From Saprospiraceae bacterium (GTDB lineage Bacteria > Bacteroidota > Bacteroidia > Chitinophagales > Saprospiraceae), in assembly GCA_017996375.1 (NCBI GenBank), contig JAGOHC010000001.1, positions 1 through 62,873 of the forward strand: a stretch of DNA of 62,873 nucleotides, given 5' to 3'. The position numbers and the translations under genes were made by a program. Shown here one piece after another: positions 58,820 through 62,873 of the stretch. Within the stretch, counting starts at the first letter, position 1. Each line of letters begins with the position of its first letter. The notes under the pieces were generated by a model. It did not search any database. It was not told the DNA's origin and was given only the letters and a program-made list of their open reading frames with translations.

Positions 58820-60280
58820 TTATTGTTTTTCTAAGAAGTCAACTAATAGGCGTACACCAAATGCTGTTGCGCTGCGCGTACTCGTAAATTCAGATGCTGT
58901 AAAAGCAACACCGGCAATATCTAAGTGTGCCCATTTTTCGTGTTTATCTACAAATATTTCTAAGAATTTTGCTGCGCTGATTGCTCCCGCAACGGGCTTA
59001 CCGCTATAATTTTTAACATCCGCTACTTCCGATTTCACATCTTCATTATACACATCCCAAAGCGGTAATCGCCAGAGGCGTTCTCCAACATTGTCACCTA
59101 CTTGAACAAGTGCTTGCGCTAACGTTTCGTTGTTACTAAACAACCCACCAGCATGATAGCCCAGTGTTTGTATGCAGCTTCCAGTAAGGGTAGCTAAGTC
59201 GATGATAGTATCAGGATTGAAGTTTTTTTGTAGGAAGGATAAGCCGTCTGCCAATATCACTCGCCCCTCAGCATCTGTATCAATTACTTCAATACTTTTG
59301 CCAAGATACGAGCCGATAACATCACCGGGTTTGTAGGCTTTTGTTCCCACCAAATTATCGGTACTTGGCACAATGCCCACAACGCGTACCGGAAGTTGCA
59401 ACTTAGCGGCTAACTCAATAGCTCCTAAAACGGCGGCGGCTCCTCCCATATCACATTTCATAAAGTGCATATTACTGGACGGCTTGATAGAAATGCCGCC
59501 CGTATCAAATGTAATTCCTTTACCTACCAATCCGATAGTTTGTGTGTATTTTCCATTTATTGGTTGATAATCCATAACGATAAATGCCGGTGGATATTCG
59601 CTGCCACGATTGACTGCCAACAGTGCGTCCAAACCCAAAGTTTCTATTTCCGCTTTCGTATGGTTTTTTACTTTATAGCCAAATTTATCGCCCGAATCCG
59701 CTGCCCATGTTGCTAAGGTTTCTGCAATCACTTTATTACCCGGCGCATTTACTAAATCATAAATTCTCATCTGCGTTTCAGCGATATGCTTACCGCGAAT
59801 AGCCGCTTGCTCAACGTCAGCATTATCCGAAACCATTAATTGCGTGGTTGCATCTGGAAGTGAAAGTGGGTGAATGGTTTTTTCATCTGTTTTATACAAA
59901 GCCAAATCGTATGTGCCTAAAAGCAAGCCATTGACAGCCGCTTCTGCAAAATTTGGATGTTCACTCAAATCAACAGCAACTCGTGAGGAGAGTTTTTCTT
60001 TTTGTTTATACGACAAACTCCTGAAAGCAAGCAACACTTCGGCAAAGGCGGGTTGTTTACCTAAGCCTAATAATATTATTTTTTGCACTGTGGTATCGTG
60101 CGACGGATATGCCGTAAAGGTCTCTTTGTGGTCTGCCTTAAAATCATTTAATAGTGCGTTGCTTATCCCATAGAGATTAGCAATAGCAGTTAGTTTCATG
60201 GTGGCGGTGTCGCCTTGCGTAACGGGTATAATTAGGGTTGATGCCGTTAGCAATGTTTCGTTTTGAATAATCTGAATCAT
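58820..60280 (-). CDS. pepA: Leucyl aminopeptidase (M17)
   Basis: The start is moved to ATG 60280, which removes the overlap with the upstream gene. Motifs: VGKGITFDTGGISIKP, MKCDMGGAA, NTDAEGR. Confidence 0.9.
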   Translation of the reverse strand: MIQIIQNETLLTASTLIIPVTQGDTATMKLTAIANLYGISNALLNDFKADHKETFTAYPSHDTTVQKIILLGLGKQPAFAEVLLAFRSLSYKQKEKLSSRVAVDLSEHPNFAEAAVNGLLLGTYDLALYKTDEKTIHPLSLPDATTQLMVSDNADVEQAAIRGKHIAETQMRIYDLVNAPGNKVIAETLATWAADSGDKFGYKVKNHTKAEIETLGLDALLAVNRGSEYPPAFIVMDYQPINGKYTQTIGLVGKGITFDTGGISIKPSSNMHFMKCDMGGAAAVLGAIELAAKLQLPVRVVGIVPSTDNLVGTKAYKPGDVIGSYLGKSIEVIDTDAEGRVILADGLSFLQKNFNPDTIIDLATLTGSCIQTLGYHAGGLFSNNETLAQALVQVGDNVGERLWRLPLWDVYNEDVKSEVADVKNYSGKPVAGAISAAKFLEIFVDKHEKWAHLDIAGVAFTASEFTSTRSATAFGVRLLVDFLEKQ

Positions 60281-60287
60281 ATTTTTT

Positions 60288-61685
60288 TTACAGGATAGTG
60301 GCTTTGGTGGCATCTAAAATAGCGCGAGCTTCTTTGGCAGTTGGGGCTTGTGCATATACGCGTAATACTGGCTCCGTTCCGGATGGGCGTATCATCACCC
60401 ACGTATCTTCGGCTAAGTTAAATTTGTATCCATCAATATCCTCTACAGATTGTATGCGATATTCGCCAAAGGCGGTATAAGTATTATTTTTGCAATTATT
60501 AATTACGTTTTGTTTTTGTACTTCGCTGATGTGCAAGTCGTCGCGGTCAAACGAAAATGTACCTACAATATCATACACTTCTTGAATCAACTCTTTGAGC
60601 GATTTGCCCGTTTTTGCCATAAACTCCATGATGACTAATCCTATCCAGATGCCATCGCGCTCCGGAATATGTCCTTTCACAGCTAAACCTCCCGATTCTT
60701 CACCACCTACTAATACATCCCGTTTCGTCATAATCTCTGCTATGTATTTGAAGCCGATCTTGGTCACTTCACAAGGCAGCCCAAAGATGTTTGCCATCTT
60801 ACGCATCTTGTCAGTTACGGAAAACGTGACAACCACGTCACCGTTCATCCCTTTGTATTTATACAAATATAATAACAGCAACAACAAGATGCAGTGCGAA
60901 TCTACAAATTCGCCATCCTCATCGTATAGCCCGATGCGGTCGGCATCGCCATCGTTTGCCAAGCCCAAATTAATAGCCGGATTTTTGCGTATAGTTTCCG
61001 ACAGTTCGGTAAGGTTGCGGTGGATAGGCTCCGGCGCTTGCCCATCAAAGCCCGGGTTATTTTCGCAATGCAACAGCACTGCATCCGGAAATAAGCGCAT
61101 GATGACGCGCTGTCCGGCACCGTACATAGCATCATACGCCAACTTAATGCCTGCTGTGCGGATAAGTGGTAGGTCAAAATTTTCTTTTACATGGCGGAGG
61201 TACATCTCTTCCAAATCAATGTATTCCAACAGTCCATTTTGTAACATCGTGTCTAACGATGGTAGCGGGGCGTTGTATGCTTCGGGTATTAAATTTTCGA
61301 CCGCCGTAATATCCGCCGGGATAGTCGGACCCCCATAGCTCGATTTTAATTTGAATCCATTGTAGGAAGGCGGATTGTGGCTCGCAGTAATCACCACACC
61401 CAAATCGGCATGTTTTTTTACTACTCCTAATGATACCATTGGCGTAGAAACATAGCCTTTTGCCAAATAACTTTTTATGCCGTGTGCGCCCATAATGGTC
61501 GCCGTAGTTTCTGCAAAAAGTTGCCCTGCAAAGCGACAGTCGTGACCTATAACTACTGATTTTTGTCCGTTATTTTTGAGCCATTGGGCGGTAGCTGCTG
61601 CCACACGCTTCAGGTTATCAACGGTGTATTCTTGCGCGATAATGGCTCTCCAGCCATCGGTGCCAAATTTGATTGTTACTGCCAT
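60288..61685 (-). CDS. Phosphoglucomutase/phosphomannomutase-family phosphohexomutase
   Basis: 465 aa with FGTDGWR, the active-site motif TASHNPPSYNGFK, the Mg loop NDGDADR and the sugar-binding GGEESGG. Confidence 0.85.
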   Translation of the reverse strand: MAVTIKFGTDGWRAIIAQEYTVDNLKRVAAATAQWLKNNGQKSVVIGHDCRFAGQLFAETTATIMGAHGIKSYLAKGYVSTPMVSLGVVKKHADLGVVITASHNPPSYNGFKLKSSYGGPTIPADITAVENLIPEAYNAPLPSLDTMLQNGLLEYIDLEEMYLRHVKENFDLPLIRTAGIKLAYDAMYGAGQRVIMRLFPDAVLLHCENNPGFDGQAPEPIHRNLTELSETIRKNPAINLGLANDGDADRIGLYDEDGEFVDSHCILLLLLLYLYKYKGMNGDVVVTFSVTDKMRKMANIFGLPCEVTKIGFKYIAEIMTKRDVLVGGEESGGLAVKGHIPERDGIWIGLVIMEFMAKTGKSLKELIQEVYDIVGTFSFDRDDLHISEVQKQNVINNCKNNTYTAFGEYRIQSVEDIDGYKFNLAEDTWVMIRPSGTEPVLRVYAQAPTAKEARAILDATKATIL

Positions 61686-61796
61686 AACGGATTGTGTCGG
61701 TTGATTTATTTTATTAACAAAAGTAGTTCAAACGAATTATGTTCTGTTCAGTTTATTCGCCGAAGGGCAAATTTAACAGTAAGTTATAAAAATTAA

Positions 61797-61804
61797 TAAT
61801 TTTG
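61797..61804 (+). promoter_or_regulatory. -7 box TAatTTTG upstream of rsgA
   Basis: There is an exact TAnnTTTG match 21 nt upstream of ATG 61825. Confidence 0.45.
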
Positions 61805-61824
61805 TACCTTGTAAAACATCATTA

Positions 61825-62781
61825 ATGAAAGGAAAAGTTATAAAATCAACTGGCAGTTGGTATCAGGTGCGTACTGAAACAGGTGAAGTGCTGCCTGCTC
61901 GCATTGTTGGTAAGTTTCGGCTCGAAGGACAAAACGTAACGAACCCTATCGCTGTTGGGGACGACGTGAACGTGGAATTAGAAACTGATGCTGGACAAGA
62001 ACAAGGTATTATCAACAAAATTTACCCTCGAAAAAATTATGTTGCGCGGCAGTCGCCACGTCGAAAACAGGATATACATTTGCTTGCCAGCAACATTGAT
62101 CAAGCCGTTTTGTTTGTAACCATTGTGCATCCGAATTTAAAGCAAGGATTCATTGACCGCTTTTTATTAACCACCGAACCACAGGATATTCCAACCATTA
62201 TCGTTGTTAATAAAGCTGATTTGTATAGTGATGGCGATATGCGGGTATTCGATTTTATAAAAAATATTTACGAAAAAATCGGCTACACAGTACTGCTAAC
62301 ATCCATACTACAATCGGCTTCGTTAGTGTCGCTGAAGGCTGTACTTACCGACAAAATCTCGTTGGTAAGCGGGCAATCCGGCGTGGGCAAATCATCCGTT
62401 ATTAATGCTATACAACCAGCGTTGCATCTACGTACGGGCGAGCTTTCGGATTACTCGGGCAAGGGGCAGCATACAACTACGTTTGCCGAAATGCACGCAC
62501 TCTCGTTTGGCGGAAGCATCATTGACACACCGGGTATTAAGAGTTTGGCATTCAATAACCTTGAACCAATGGATGTTGCCCATAACTTCAGAGAGTTTTT
62601 TGCACTATCGGATAATTGCCGCTTTCGCGGGAGTTGTACGCATCGCAACGAGCCTAAATGCGCCGTCAAAGCAGCCATTGCTGAAGGTAGTATCAACGAA
62701 TTGCGCTATGCTAATTATTTGCAGATCCTCGAAGAAATTGAAGACCAAAATTATTGGGAACGTCACTCCGACGAGTGGTAA
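61825..62781 (+). CDS. rsgA: Ribosome small-subunit-dependent GTPase A
   Basis: 318 aa with an N-terminal OB domain and a circularly permuted GTPase (VVNKADL ... GQSGVGKSS). The zinc knuckle is CRFRGSCTHRNEPKC. Confidence 0.9.
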   Translation: MKGKVIKSTGSWYQVRTETGEVLPARIVGKFRLEGQNVTNPIAVGDDVNVELETDAGQEQGIINKIYPRKNYVARQSPRRKQDIHLLASNIDQAVLFVTIVHPNLKQGFIDRFLLTTEPQDIPTIIVVNKADLYSDGDMRVFDFIKNIYEKIGYTVLLTSILQSASLVSLKAVLTDKISLVSGQSGVGKSSVINAIQPALHLRTGELSDYSGKGQHTTTFAEMHALSFGGSIIDTPGIKSLAFNNLEPMDVAHNFREFFALSDNCRFRGSCTHRNEPKCAVKAAIAEGSINELRYANYLQILEEIEDQNYWERHSDEW

Positions 62782-62814
62782 TCTTGTTTTCGTTACAGTA
62801 TAAATTTTGCGGTA

Positions 62815-62873
62815 TGGAACAAATTTTTACAACATTATTTACGGAAGCAATCGCTTTAGGTTGGGTACAATGG
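62815..62873 (+). CDS. Start of an unidentified ORF running off the window
   Basis: ATG at 62815 opens MEQIFTTLFTEAIALGWVQW... and is still open at the window end. It is too short to assign. Confidence 0.2.

Noticed and set aside
60595-61338. 247-aa plus-strand ORF
   Set aside because: It is antisense to the phosphohexomutase gene, whose motifs are unambiguous. It is a Ser/Pro-rich shadow ORF.

Overview
The window is a 62.9-kb chromosomal segment that looks like Bacteroidota. The evidence is gldB, a PorP/SprF gene, six proteins ending in type-A T9SS C-terminal sorting domains, TAnnTTTG -7 promoter boxes and no Shine-Dalgarno sequences. Most of it is densely packed housekeeping genes: partial methylmalonyl-CoA mutase small subunit, pyrF, initiator tRNA-Met, ahcY, gmhA, murF, ilvE, lpxK, fabI, rimP-nusA-infB, ftsE, ribH, pepA, phosphohexomutase and rsgA. 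Between them sit large secreted or adhesin-type T9SS cargo genes built from internal tandem repeats (SprB, DUF11-like, PKD, Kazal-like, cohesin/dockerin, CotH-LTD). I found no mobile element, CRISPR array, rRNA or recognisable defence island, and no convincing new multi-gene system. The loci that remain unexplained are: (1) a 1.4-kb, very AT-rich stretch with no ORF of 60 aa or more (894-2294) that ends in an orphan intrinsic terminator; (2) a small conserved-looking gene split by a single in-frame TAA (22384-22386); (3) a terminator-like hairpin inside the short leader of rimP-nusA-infB, plus a perfect 12-bp-arm palindrome and an orphan terminator in the same divergent intergenic region; (4) a stand-alone CxxxY-type CcmE homologue. 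All product calls come from reading motifs in the supplied translations. No database search was run.
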